64,000 nt of DNA from Felis catus (Eukaryota): contig NC_058380.1 in the NCBI RefSeq assembly GCF_018350175.1, positions 94,674,001 through 94,738,000 of the forward strand, given 5' to 3'. The notes under the pieces were generated by a model. The model worked only from the letters and a program-made list of their open reading frames with translations. It made no database searches and was not told the DNA's origin. Below, piece by piece: positions 32,480 through 44,753 of this stretch. Made by a program: the position numbers and the translations under genes. Each line of letters opens with the position of its first letter. Within the stretch, counting starts at the first letter, position 1.

Positions 32480-34090
32480 AATGGGAATTAGCGTGAGGTC
32501 TGTAATAATATCACACGATACAAGAAAGCAAAGAAAAAAAGCGATCATCTCTGAAAGAATGCCCAAAGCAGAAAAATGACCTTTCGGAGGAGATGGTGAG
32601 TCAGCAGAAGGATTGAAAACTATGAAAGGGTACCCGGCTGGCTTAGTCGGTGGAGTGTGCGACTCCTGATCTTGGGGTGTGGGTTCAAGCCCCATGCTGC
32701 ACGTAGAAGTGACTTTAAACATCAGACAAGCTCGGAGAAAAAGTGGAAGAAAAATAAGTCATCACGGAAGTAAAATTAGAAGGAACATACGAAGAATAAA
32801 CACTCCTAAAATTTCACACACCAAGAAGCATGATAAAAGACAAGGAAACGAAACGGGACAAAGCGGTAAGGTGCAAAGAGAAATCCCAAAGTATTGAAAA
32901 AACACATCAAAGGAAACCAACCAAAGTGAAAGGTCTTTCAAAGCTATAAAGAGCAAAACAAATTCAAAGAACTTTACGGGACCAAGAGTAAACATCGCCC
33001 CAGCTCCCTTATCAAAGGGGCAGAGTTTCCACTCGGACCACAAAGCCAGCCCAAACTCCGTGATGTGGATAAGAAATACACTTTACGAAGATGTGATGCA
33101 GATCGGCTCACTGACAAAAGGTTTGCAAGGAATTGGCGTGAATGCAAAGAAAGAGAAGGCCCAGGTCACGTGCTGGCGGTTCTTGTCGTCCCTGACTTCA
33201 GGGACACGACAACAAGCACGTTATGCAAAGTTATGACAACAAAGTTATGACAACAAGCACGTTCTCAACAAAGATACAGTCAATGCGACTATTTGTCCAC
33301 CTAATGACACGTCATTAACCTGCACAATGAAGGGGAGACACAGAATGCTGAAGGAACACGATTACCCATTCAGGTCTGGTGTGTGTACTGAGAGTGGAAA
33401 ATACAACTTTTCAAAGACTCCAGGGACGGTCACAATGACAGATGTCCACGAACGTTAATTCGCTGTAAAATAAATCTTCACAAACTAAAGCGCCGCAGGC
33501 AACATTAACCTTCTCAAATTATAGCAAGTAATAATCGTACAATAAAAAGTTACTACCCTTCCAATAATTTCTTAAAAATCTCTCAACTCCTGGGAAGAAA
33601 GCAAGGGGACAGGGGCATCAGCATGGCAGGCTGCAGCTGGCGCAGTGCTAGAGAAATGAGCTGATGTAATTATTTAAAGAAATAAGAAATACGAGTAAGT
33701 AAATTAGATATCCTGATCAACGATAACGGAGACAAAATGATACGGATAAAAGGAAATACGAGTCAGACGTCGTCACTATCAACTATTAACAGAGGAAGAA
33801 GGAAAAGAGGAACAAGAAGAAAAAATGCAAAATAAGAAATGAAAAAGGGGAAGCAGGCAAGGGTAGAGGAAAGACTTGAAAGCCCGTGATCAGGGAGCAC
33901 CTCGACGGCTCAAGTCAGTTAGGCGTCTGCCTCTTGATTTTGGGAAGAGGGAGAAGGTTAAAGCAGACTGATTTTCATAAACGAAATGGAGAAAACTTCC
34001 AAAGAAGTTTGGCCCTGCTGTAGACAAACAAACAGAAAAAATCAGTGCTTCTAAATTACTTCTATTAATTGAGCGTAACACCGGTAGTGA
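32480..34090 (+). mobile_element. Highly decayed ancient L1-like A-rich fragment with small SINE pieces (about 32628-32720 and 33892-33940)
   Basis: Abrupt A-rich, strand-biased composition resembling L1 ORF2, with no open frame. Confidence 0.45.
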
Positions 34091-35309
34091 AATGCCACAG
34101 AGCTCAAATGAGAGTGACAGAGGGGCAGCACTTAAGGTCCCGCAGAGCGTGGTGGTGAGGAGGGGCCCCAGTCTCTCCAGCCCCTGGTGTCCGGGCGCGC
34201 AGCAGATGACCGATAGTCACCGAGTATGTGAACGAGTCCACACCAGGTCCTGTAGGAGGCACGATGCCAAGATGTCTCATCTTTGCCCGCGGTCCCCATA
34301 TTCTGGAGGGGACAGGACGCTCTGTCCAGTGGTGTGGGGAGGGTTTCAGGGGGGCAGCGCTCACTGCACTACGGGGGGACTGAGGCACGGCCCCGCACAC
34401 AGGGTCATGGTGCTGGGAGAGACCCCCCCCCCCCCCCACCAGGGGAGCAGTACACAAGGAGAGGCCTGGAGAGGTAGCTGTTGTGGCCGATCCGAGGAGG
34501 GGTGTCGAGGCAGATCTGGGGGTCGGGCAGAGTTTGGTGAGACTCAGGGCCACGGGCGAGAGAGAGCCGGGGGGGCGGGCTGGTCCCCAAACCCTGGGGA
34601 GCCACCAAGTGTGTGGCAGGAGCCCATGTCCTGAGGTGTGTGGGCGAGCGCCTGATGGTGGGGTGGGGGCCAAGAAGGCCTGTTGAGTAAAGATGCGGCT
34701 GAACAGACCGGCCCAGACTAAGGGCCAGGCTAGGGGAGTGGTGGCCGCAGGACAGGCGAAGACGGGAGAGGGGTTCTCGAACCAGGAAGAAAGTTTTGAG
34801 GAAACAAACTGTACTGTGACTGATGGGTGAGGGAGGCGCTTGTAACCATTGGGGAGGGCTCCCTGCCAGGTGGCCGTGGGCCACATTCCTTCCTTCATTC
34901 CCGGTGGACCCGGCTCTGCCCCACCTGCTGGTCTGCGTTGCCGACCTCGGCCCATTGGGAGTCGGGAACGTTTCGTGGGCTTCACGGCTGCTCCTGGCCT
35001 GGACCACGGTTCTTGCCGCCTCGCGGGGCCACACCTCAGGCCCCCACCTCGGGCTGGGCTCCCCCAAGGCCTCGCTGTTGTCGCCCAGGCCTACGTCTGG
35101 GTCCCGCATACCCATCAGAGGCCCAGCCCTCTCAGGTTCAGCACAAGTGGGGAACCGCCCAACCAGGAACTGGGAGACCGGGAAGCTGGGGTTGAATCGG
35201 GGGCAGAAAGTGTCCTTTGTTTGTCGTGAGCCAATGGCAGAAAATACGACACAGTCGATTCTTAAAATTATGAGGATGAAGTTCATACAATGTAAAATGA
35301 ATTATTTTA

Positions 35310-35792
35310 TCTTTTCACGTGTTTATTGCTTATTTATTGAGAGAGAGAGAGAGAGAGAGAGATTGTGTGCATATGCACTGGGGAGGTGCAGAGAGAGGGA
35401 GAGAGAGACAATCCCAGGCAGGCTCCATGATGTCGGCACAGAGCCTGACACAGGGCTCGAACCCACAAACTGCGATCAAGAGTCAGACGCTTAGGGGCGC
35501 CTGGGTGGCGCAGTCGGTTAAGCGTCCGACTTCAGCCAGGTCACGATCTCGCGGTCCGTGAGTTCGAGCCCCGTGTCGGGCTCTGGGCTGATGGCTCAGA
35601 GCCTGGAGCCTGTTTCCAATTCTGTGTCTCCCTCTCTCTCTGCCCCTCCCCCGTTCATGCTCTGTCTCTCTCTGTCCCAAAAATAAATAAACGTTGAAAA
35701 AAAATTTTTTTTTAATAAAAAAAAAATAAAAATAAAAATAAAAAATAAAAAAAGAGTCAGACGCTTAACTGACTGAGCCACCCAGGCGCCCC
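35310..35792. mobile_element. Nested SINEs: a young sense SINEC (35494-35751) inserted into an antisense SINE
   Basis: Perfect 16-bp TSD AAGAGTCAGACGCTTA at 35478-35493 and 35752-35767. Confidence 0.92.
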
Positions 35793-36039
35793 AAAACAAA
35801 TCCTTTAAAAATGCACAGTTCAGGGCGCCTGGGTGGCTCAGTCGGCTAAGCGTCTGGCTTCGGCTCAGGTCAGGATCTCAGGGTTCGTGAGTTCAAGTCC
35901 CGCATCAGGTGAACATGAGCCCCGCCTTGAGGGAGCCCTGCTTCTTTCCGTCGCCCTCTCTCTGCCCTCAGTCACTGCCCCGTCGAAAACAAAAGTGTGT
36001 GATCCAGGGGCACCTGGTCCATTCACACCGTGGTGCCGC

Positions 36040-36915
36040 CACCCTCTGCATCTAGCCTCACAACTTCCTCGTCGGCCCCCAGAGGAAGTCCAGGACCCAC
36101 AGGGCAGTCTCTCCTGTCCCTTCCTCCCTCCCGCCCCTGGCAGCCCGTGGTCATCTCCACAGATTTACCACTTCTGGACGTTTCACGGAGGTGGGGTTCT
36201 AGAGTTCCGGCCTTTTGTGTCTCCCGGCTTTCACCGACCACAAGGTTCGGCGATTCCTGCGCTGTAGCGCCGGTCAGGATGCCGTGCCTTTTCACGGCTG
36301 CGTGATACTCCGTCGTGCGGACGGCCCACGCTCTGCTTGTCGATGGGCCGCCGGTGGGCCGTTGTCAATCCGCTGCTGTGAACGCGTGTGGACGTGGACG
36401 CGGCACGGTGTCTGTTTCCAGCCCCTTTGAGGCGTGGGACTGCCGGGGTCCGCGGTGGTTCTGCGCTACATTTTGGAGGAGCCGCCGGACTGTTTTCCAC
36501 GGCAGCTTCACCGTTTTCCGTTCCCACCAGCGGAGTGTGGGGCCCCAGTTTCCCCCGTCCTTAGCAACGCGTGTTGTTCTCTGGATCTTTGATTCTGGCC
36601 GTTCCAGTGGGTGTGGCTCCGACTCGCGTCTCCTTGAGGGCCGGTGGCGTGGAGAACCTTTGCGCCCGCTGGCCGTTTGCGTGTCGTCCTTGGAAAGGTG
36701 TCTAGCCGAGCCCCTCGTCCGTTTTGAAGTCAGGTGTCTTTTGTCGAGTTGTAAGAGTCCTCCATACGTTCCGGCTATTAGACCCTTATCAGATGCGATT
36801 TGTAAGCGTTTTAAAATATTATCTTATGTGTTGTGAAGAGCGAGACAATTTTCTTTGCGTGGTTTAAGCTCCTGTTTAGGCCACTGGCCCATTTTGAGTT
36901 AAGTTTTGTGTACAG
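36040..36915 (-). mobile_element. Old L1 3'-end fragment (antisense), strongly GC-shifted
   Basis: Recognisable L1 3' motifs (CTGTTTTCCAC.GCAGC..ACCGTTTT..TTCCCACCAGC.G; AGACCCTTATCAGATG; CCATTTTGAGTTAA.TTTTGTGTA). Confidence 0.65.
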
Positions 36916-37451
36916 AGCGAGGTGGCTGTGACAGCTGACGTCTCACGCAGCTTCTGCCGCTGCGTGACCCTGACAGGGGGCCCCCCGTGGGCCCAGCTCC
37001 GCAACCCTGCCCTCAGCCGGATGCAGGCCGGGGCATGCCTTGGGCATGATTCGAGGCAAGGGCCTCCCTTCCGACCGAAGTGGCTGGCGCTGAGCTGTGG
37101 GGCCCGGCCGGTTGGGAGTGGCGTCGTGGTGTCTCCACCCTAGCCCGCCTGCTTCCCTCATCCCTCCCCCTGGGCCGGGCGGGAGCCCGCACGGAGAGCG
37201 GGAGCGGGAGCGGGAGGACGGGGCCACGGAGACAGCGGTCCTCTGCCTGTTCCCCGCTCTGCAGCGTGCTGCGTTTCATCCCTGAGTGGTGTCCCTGCAC
37301 CCTCTCGGAGGGTGACACCCTCTCGGAGGCTTTCAGTGAAGCTCATCTTTATCCCGGGGTGTCTGAAATCCCTGCAACCTTTCCTCTGGGGAAAACAGTA
37401 AGGCCCAGAAGGTGTCCGAGCCCCCTGGGCTGCGTGGAGCTCGGGCAGGCG

Positions 37452-40400
37452 ATGCGCCAGGAGCGGAGCAGCTCCCCACGATGGGGCACAGGTGAGGAGA
37501 GGTCGAGAGCTCGAGAGCTCGGGGAGGGCAGGGGGAGTGGGAGCCAGAGACGTGAGCAGGGGCCAAATCTCCCAGGGCTTGGGGGCCGTAATGCAGGCGG
37601 GCTCGGCCCCGAGAGCGAGGGAAACTGCCAGCTGGGCCCCTCTGCGATGTGAGGTTGGGAGAATTGGCCTCGGGCACCTGGCTGAAAAGTCCGGTGTTTG
37701 TCATGGGACTGACCTAAGCTGGCCACCCCCGCCAGGTTCCTCCCACCCAGAAGGGCCAGGTGGGGTTGGGCCCAGGCAGGAGCCGGACTTTGTTACCTGG
37801 GTTGGTCTGGCTCTGAGCCTGAGTTCTGAGCTGTGCTTGCAGTTCTGCCGGGGTGCCCTCCACCTCCTGCCCACCTGGCCTGGGGTCCTCAGAGGAGCCA
37901 TGGACCCCAGAGGTGAGTGGAGAGGCGTAAGGGCTCCGGGATGGGGCAGTGGTTACCCACATGGGGCTCTGCCCATCTCTGCTGGGCTTCCGGCCACCTG
38001 GAGCCAGAGGTCGGGTCGGGCTGAGGGCCGGCGGGGGGGGGGGGGGGGGAGCCGGCTGGGTGCCGTGGGGGGAGCCGGCTGGGTGCCGTGGGAGCAGGGA
38101 GGGTCTGGGAGCCGCATTTGCTTACGTGTGCGGGCGTGGGGGTAGTCTTGGGCAGGGATGATGCTGGCGCCCAGCAAAGTGCAGCAGAATGTGGCCAGAG
38201 CACTTAGTGTGGAGGGCAGACTTGGGGGAAATATCTTGATTTGCCATGAAAAGCTCCCCGCCCAGCCCTCCTGTCCCTGTGCCCTCTCCTGGGCTCTCTC
38301 CTTTCTCTACCAGTCTAGGCCCCAGAGGCTGGAGCAGGTGGTCGATGAGGGGATTTCCTCCTGCCGCGAAGCCTGTGGGAGACTCTCAGGAGCTCAGAGC
38401 TCAGACGCAGCCGGTGCTTGGGGTAGGGGAGCCGGCTCACCTGCTGGGGGGCCAGGACAAAGGAGACAGAGGAACGGAGGGACAGAGGAAATAGGCTGAG
38501 GGGAGGGCCACCTCCTGTGGGTGCAGGCTGGGTCCCTGATATCACTAATGCTGCCTGTAGCTGGCCCAAGGTCACACTACGAGGCTGGGGTTTAAGGACA
38601 GAGGAAAGGAGAGAAGGGAGAGGGGAGGGGCCTGGAGAGCCAGGAGGAAGGCGCCTTCCTGGCCCAGCCCCCACCCCAAGCCTGGCCAGGATGCTGGGGT
38701 CTGCTGCATATTTGCCCACAGGGTGGTCTCTGCACGTCTGGCTGAGAGAGGGAAGCTTCTGTCCGGCCCTCGGCCCTCTCCCTGCCGTCTCTGCAGCTGC
38801 CTGGAAACAATTCAACACAGCAACTCGGGTTCTTACTTGTTAGCAGGACTACAGCCCCTGGCCCAGCCCCCGTGGCTGAGTGTAGGTGGAGAAACCCTAG
38901 CCCCGTGGGCAGGCAGGGCTCTGGGCATTGAGCCGTCGGACACGCACCCCCCCACCTCCCCCCGACACGGGGGCATTGACGCGAACCGCACAGCAGGCCC
39001 ACCAGCTCAGAGCTCCTGCCGGGGCCACCCTGCGCCCTGCTGCCTGTCCTCGGTGACCAGGATGGCGAGGACGTGATCCTGGTTTGTGCACATTTCCTAA
39101 CGCCCGGGACCTGGCATTGTTTATTCACCTTCTCATCTGTGGCCCTTTGCACGAGCCTGGCACACACACAGTGTGGCCTCAGTGGAACTTCCAGAACGGC
39201 AGTCCAAAGCCCGTGCCCAAAGCTGGGACGTGAAAATGGGCTGTGTGGGTCCAGATCTCCCAGGTACCCTCCACAGCTGGGGTCGAACCCCAGTCCCTGC
39301 GGTCTCCCCTTCTCTGACCAGAGGAGAAAGGTGGGTGACCCGGAGGCCTCTAGGAAGGCCCCCGGGTCTCTGCTCAGCCGTCTCCCCTGAGAGCAGGAGG
39401 AAGCGGCCCTGGAGAGACGCTGGGAAGGTCCAGGGAGATCAGGACACAGCCCTAGATTCCTCCCTCCATTCCGTCCTGCCTCCTGGGACTGGGCCTGGCT
39501 GGGGTGGGGGGATGCGGGGGGCAGGGGGTGCCCTGGGGACACCTGGGAGGAGACACAGAGTGGGAAGGGGCTCCTTCAGCCCCTTAGGGAGACAGGGCTC
39601 AGCCTGGGCAGAAGGGCACATGTTTTTCCAGAAGAGGAAGGCAAAGACAACAGTGTGGTCATCAACATTCTTTTGTTGATAAGAGGCAGCCAGACCGGGA
39701 GCAGGGCTCCCTCAAGAAACCCTGTCCCCAGCTAGCTGGGAGGGGTCACTGGGTGTCCACTGTTGACTTGTGCCCTGGTTCTAAAGTGTGTCTGCTCTCC
39801 ATGCCCAGAGCAGAGACCCTGTGTGGGTGGCGGCTGGTGGGAAGGACAGCTCCTGGAGCCAGCGGAATCCCACGGCCGCGAAGGCACGAGCTGAGTGATA
39901 TTCCACGGTGTGGACAGACCACACTTCCCTTATTCCTTCATTCGTTGTTGGACACTTGAGTTACTCCCACTTTCTGGGACCACTGCCGCCATGAGCACGT
40001 GCGGACCCAGCAGTGGGGTTGCCGGACCACGCGGCAGTTCTGTGTACATTTTGAGGAATTGCCGAGCTTTCTCCCCCAGCAGCCGCACCCAGGACCACAC
40101 TCTGAAGGTGTGACTGACAGGGTGTGCTGGTGCGTTGAGTTGGGGTGGGGAGACGCCTCTGACCTGTCCATGTGCTCTGGTGCCTGGCCATGACGTGGGA
40201 AGTGTGCCCCGCGGGGGGCCTGGGTGATGGGGACCCAGGGTCCTGTTTGGCTGTGAAAGGGCTGATGTGCCTTCAGTGGGGAGGGTCCATGAGTGCTTAG
40301 GTCCCCAGGTCCAGGGGTCGACAGAAGGTAAAGGCTGGAGAATGACCGGAGGGGATGGCAGGGTAGATGTCATAGTTCATGCTCCCATGGTGCACGGTGG

Positions 40401-41116
40401 GCGCAGAAGAAAGGCTGGGACCACGCCTGGAGCCTCCAGTGTCTGTGGCCCCCCCTCCCCCCAGGAGGAGGTACAGAGGTGGCTGGGCGGGTGTCACCAG
40501 CAGACAGACCAGAGGGAGCAGAGTTCAGCCACGCTGATGGGGCAAGTGGACTGAGGGTGGAGGAGAGAGTGCGGGGTTAGGGCTGCAGGGGTCCCAGTGG
40601 GTGGCTGGGGTGAAGGCTGGTTGGGGAGGGGGAGGAGAGAAGGGGAGGACGGACGGAGGGTATGGAGACAGGATGATTCAATCTCTCCAGGGCAGGGGAG
40701 CACTGGGAGGGCCCCAGGAAGGGAGTGTCCGGGGAGAACATGCATGACGCACGCGCACCATATGTGCCCCGTGCTGTGCAGGATCCCTCTCACCCAAGCC
40801 CTGCTCTGATTGGGGCGGGGTCTCCCAGCTCACCTGGGTCAGCCCAGCCACTGCCCCGTGGCACACCTGATGGGGCAAATCCGGACTCTTCAGTTCATTC
40901 TTTCTTGCGCGGCGGTCACCGTAGCGAGGTCGAATGCCTGCGGTCTGAGTTGTCACCCAAGACCCTTTGCCCTTTGTGGGCAGGGCGCCTGGCTGGCTCG
41001 GTTGGTGGAGCTCTCGGGTCATGATCTCATGTTCGTTTGTGGATTGACCCCCATTCCAGGCTCTGTGCTGACATCACAGAGCTTGCTTGGGGTTCTCTCT
41101 CCCTCCCTCCATCCAT

Positions 41117-41164
<48 letters not shown>

Positions 41165-44100
41165 ATAAATAAATAAACATTAAAACAAACCAAAGAAAAA
41201 ACAGTTCATGGGCGCCTGGCTGGGTTGGTCCAGTCCGTGGAGCGTGCGACTCTTGATCTGGGGGTTGTAAATTTGAGCCCCACATTGGGTTTAGAGATTA
41301 AAGATAAAAAATTAAAAAAAAAAAACCCAATTCAGTAGTTGTTCTTATTTATTAAATCCTAGGAGCTATTATCAAAGGGCTTGGGGGTTTATGATATGAG
41401 TTCCAAACTTTAAAAAAAAAATGTTTCTTTGCGTTTATGGTTGTCTTTTCAACTGTGCATGAAAATTTTATTTTCACCGGGTCATATTTATTTGTCTTCA
41501 TTTAGGGCTATTAAGAAGAAATCTGTGGCCAGACTTAGAAAGGGCCTGACCCTCTCCAAGACTGAAAATGCAGCATCTCTGTCTTATTCTGGTTTATTTA
41601 TGGGTTTATCTAATTTTATTATTTGGAGCGGGCAGTAGCCTTGCATGGTTCAAAGCTAAAAACGATCCCTCAGGACATGATGGAGAAGTGTGGCTGGTGC
41701 CTGACCTTTGCTGGCCCCTCTGCCAGCCTCCTGCTCCCTGTATGTAACCGTTTTCAGTCATTCCCCGCGCAGACTTTGAGGTTTTTTAGGGAAGCGTTAA
41801 CAACACACAAAAGGTAGAGTATTGTCTTCACTGTTCCGTACCTTGCTTTAAACCTGTGCTAAGCGTGCCCCTACTCTCTCTCAGAGCTGCACAGCATCCC
41901 CTTTGTTTGTCACGCAGAAGTGGACTTCAGTCCCTAGCCATGGACACTGGGGTCCTTTCCAGGCTCCTGCTGTTACAGACAAAGCCTTCGTGGAAAACAA
42001 TCATTTTACGCGTGGGCAGGTGTCTCTGTGGTGGAGATCCCCAGAAGTGGGTCTGCCCGATCACATGCTGAGTGAGTCTGACTCTGGGTAAACATTGCCT
42101 GCCAGATGTCCCTTCCCATGGACTCCGTCCCCTTCCCACTCCCGACAGTGGTGTTTCTGAACCGCACCCTTCCCCAGTTATAGCAGTATAAGGAGGGAAA
42201 TAAAATTGAATTTAAATTGCCTCCAAAGAGAGGGGGCACGTGGCTGGCTGGGCCAGCAGGGCACGTGACTCTTGATCGCGGGGTCATGAGTTCAAGCCCC
42301 ACATTTGGCATAGGGCCTACTTTAAAAACAAAAAAATGTATTGTCCCTAAAGAGAAAAATACTAAGGAGTAAGATTTTGGCGGGTAAAGTTAAGCTTTGG
42401 AAGGCCACAAATAATTAATGTCTAAGGTGGTGGTTTTTTTGTCTTTTTTTTTTTTTTTTTTTTTTTTTTTTGCATCCCCAAGAACCAATTGTGACCTTCT
42501 CAGGTGATGTCCCTACCTGCCGGCTCCCCACACCCCCTGCCTTGAGAGCAGCCGGCAGACGCGGTGTGTTATCGCCCTCTGGTGGTGGGAAATGGTATCT
42601 CACTGTGGCTTGCTTTTTTTTTTTTTTTTTTAAACCAGCTCCAGTATAATTGACATATAACTACACATATTTAAACTGTGCCTTTAGGGGCACCTGGGTG
42701 GCTCAGTCGGTTAAGCATCGACTTCAGCTCAGGTCGTGATCTCACAGCTTGTGGGTTCCAGCCCCCACGTCAGGCTCTGGGCTGACAGCTCAGAGCCTGG
42801 AGCCTACTTGGGATTCTGTCTCCTCTGTCTGCCCTCCCCTACTCGTGCTTCCCCCTCTTAGAATAAATAAATAAACATTAAAAAAAAATAAAACCTTTGC
42901 CTAATCCGAGGCCAAAGAAGCTACTGTTTATTTTTGCACACACCTCTGGGATTGCACATTTGGGTACATGTGGGTTTTCACATTTTCACACCCAGAGGAA
43001 ACGGACGTATCCCTCTTAGACCCAGTGAAACTCTTTGGTAACAGTGTCTGGGCTGCACCCAGGTGTACACGTGCACGTTTTGTTTGTTTGGTTGTTTTCT
43101 CAGTCCAGCACTTGGGACCCCCCAACACATTTGTGATCAATGAGGTTCTCGCTGCTGGGACATCGGGCTTGGGTGTCGTAAAACCCAGCGGTGGGTGGCT
43201 CGGGGGAGGAGGCTCTTTATCAGTGGTGGGTCCTGCTGTACCCACCACCTTCAGCTAAGATTTAACTGATGCACGCGGTATGGCTTCCTTCCAACGTGCC
43301 CCTTTCCCGGGGTGCCGCACCCCTGTAGTGGGCTCTCCCACCATGATGTATTATTGTATGTAGCTGTGCTGTGAGCCCCCACGGCATTAGGGCTGCGAGG
43401 TGCCCGTGGGGTGCGGGGTCCCCTCGGTGAGAGGGTTGGTGCACCGTCGTCTGTCACAGCCCTCCTGGGCCTTGTCCTTCACGCTCTGCCTGTGGGGTAA
43501 CGGCTGCGGTGCGCCCCAGCCTCTGAAGTGTGAAGAGTGGACCCGCGTCCCCGGGGGCTTGTCAACAAGGAGGGGCACCAGGGCGGGTGCCCAGGGGCTG
43601 CAGGGCAAGGCTCAGCGGGTTATGCCTCCAGGAGAGGTGTAACCCTCCTTCCCTGAGGGCACACAAGAGGGAGAGGGCTTTCAGCTGGAGCCCACAGAAC
43701 CCCCTCCCTGCCCGGTGCCCAGTGCCCAGTGCCCAGTGTGGGCCCCAACAAGGTGATTCGGGTGAACTGGCCCCGGAATAACCCAGGCTTCCTCTCCGCA
43801 GGCTTCTGGGGAAGGAGTGCCAGCTCCTGGCTGTGCGGGCTCCTGCTCTTGGCTGCGTGTCTGGGCTTCTACAGGTGAGAGTCTGGGGACGTCCCTGGGG
43901 TCCCTGTGGTGGGCTGGGGTTTATTATAGCTAATTGACTTTAATTCATGAAAACGGTCAGGGTTTTGGCCCACAGCCGTGGTCCCGGAGAAGGTGTTACC
44001 CACAAGGTCACTGTCATTTTGCAGATAAGGAAACGAGGGAACACGGTGGTGTTTTCTGCCTCAGGTGCCCACTTCGCAGGGACGCAGACCCCCAGCCAGC

Positions 44101-44705
44101 GCTCGGCTCTGCTCCCTGATGAGTTGTCGGCATTTATAGGTTCCCTGGGGAGAGGTGGGGGGCAGAGGGCTTCTGAAGGCAGTGTTTTACAGCCTGTTAG
44201 AAACACCGGTTACGTAGAGCTCACACCGTGCTTTAAATGCATTTACCGAAAACAGATAACACTTTTTTTTTTACTGCCTTTCATTTGTTTAAAACAAACA
44301 GTAAAGTTTATGTTTCCAAACAAACTTAGTAAAATTGCATTCCCTTAAAAAAAATAGAATCTAGTGGCTCCTTTTCAGTGCACTGGTTTTTATTCAAGGT
44401 GAAACTGCCCCTAGCCTCAACTTTGAGGTGGAAACTGAATGTTCACATGTACAGTCGAGACCACAGGAAGGCATTTTCACGTAGTGGTTAACCTTGAGAG
44501 CTATACGCGTTTTCACTGATGACTTCCGTAAAGTAATTTGTTAGGAGTTCACACTTACTGGATGTGGTATCCTGTGCTGGGCACTGAGCGAAATGCTTGA
44601 TGGACATTCTTGTACATTCTCTCAACAACCTGTAAGATCTGCATTATTGTCCCTGTTTCACACCCGAGGAAGGTGAGGCTCCATTGAGCGTGGAGCCTGC
44701 TTGGG

Positions 44706-44753
<48 letters not shown>

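Noticed and set aside
30800-35300. Possible lipocalin (LCN1/OBP2-like) pseudogene, expected from human synteny between SURF6 and ABO
   Set aside because: I could not recognise lipocalin exons by eye. A tblastn search with LCN1/OBP2 proteins would be needed.
35494-35570. tRNA-like A and B boxes (TGGCGCAGTCGG..GTTCGAGCCC)
   Set aside because: These are the tRNA-derived heads of CAN-SINEs, not tRNA genes.
35483-35799. Recurrent ORFs such as [27 protein letters not shown] and [28 protein letters not shown] (also near 53.7, 57.9 and 62.6 kb)
   Set aside because: Translations of SINE copies, not a gene family.
38043-38092. Short direct repeats (23-bp unit twice; similar ones at about 33210-33263 and 46790-46830) as a possible array
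   Set aside because: Two-copy slippage duplications with no spacers. Not CRISPR-like, and CRISPR is not expected in a mammal.
34104-39542. Several 200-316 aa ORFs upstream of and within ABO-like intron 1
   Set aside because: Pro/Gly/Arg-rich with no homology I can recognise, and no coherent exon chain.
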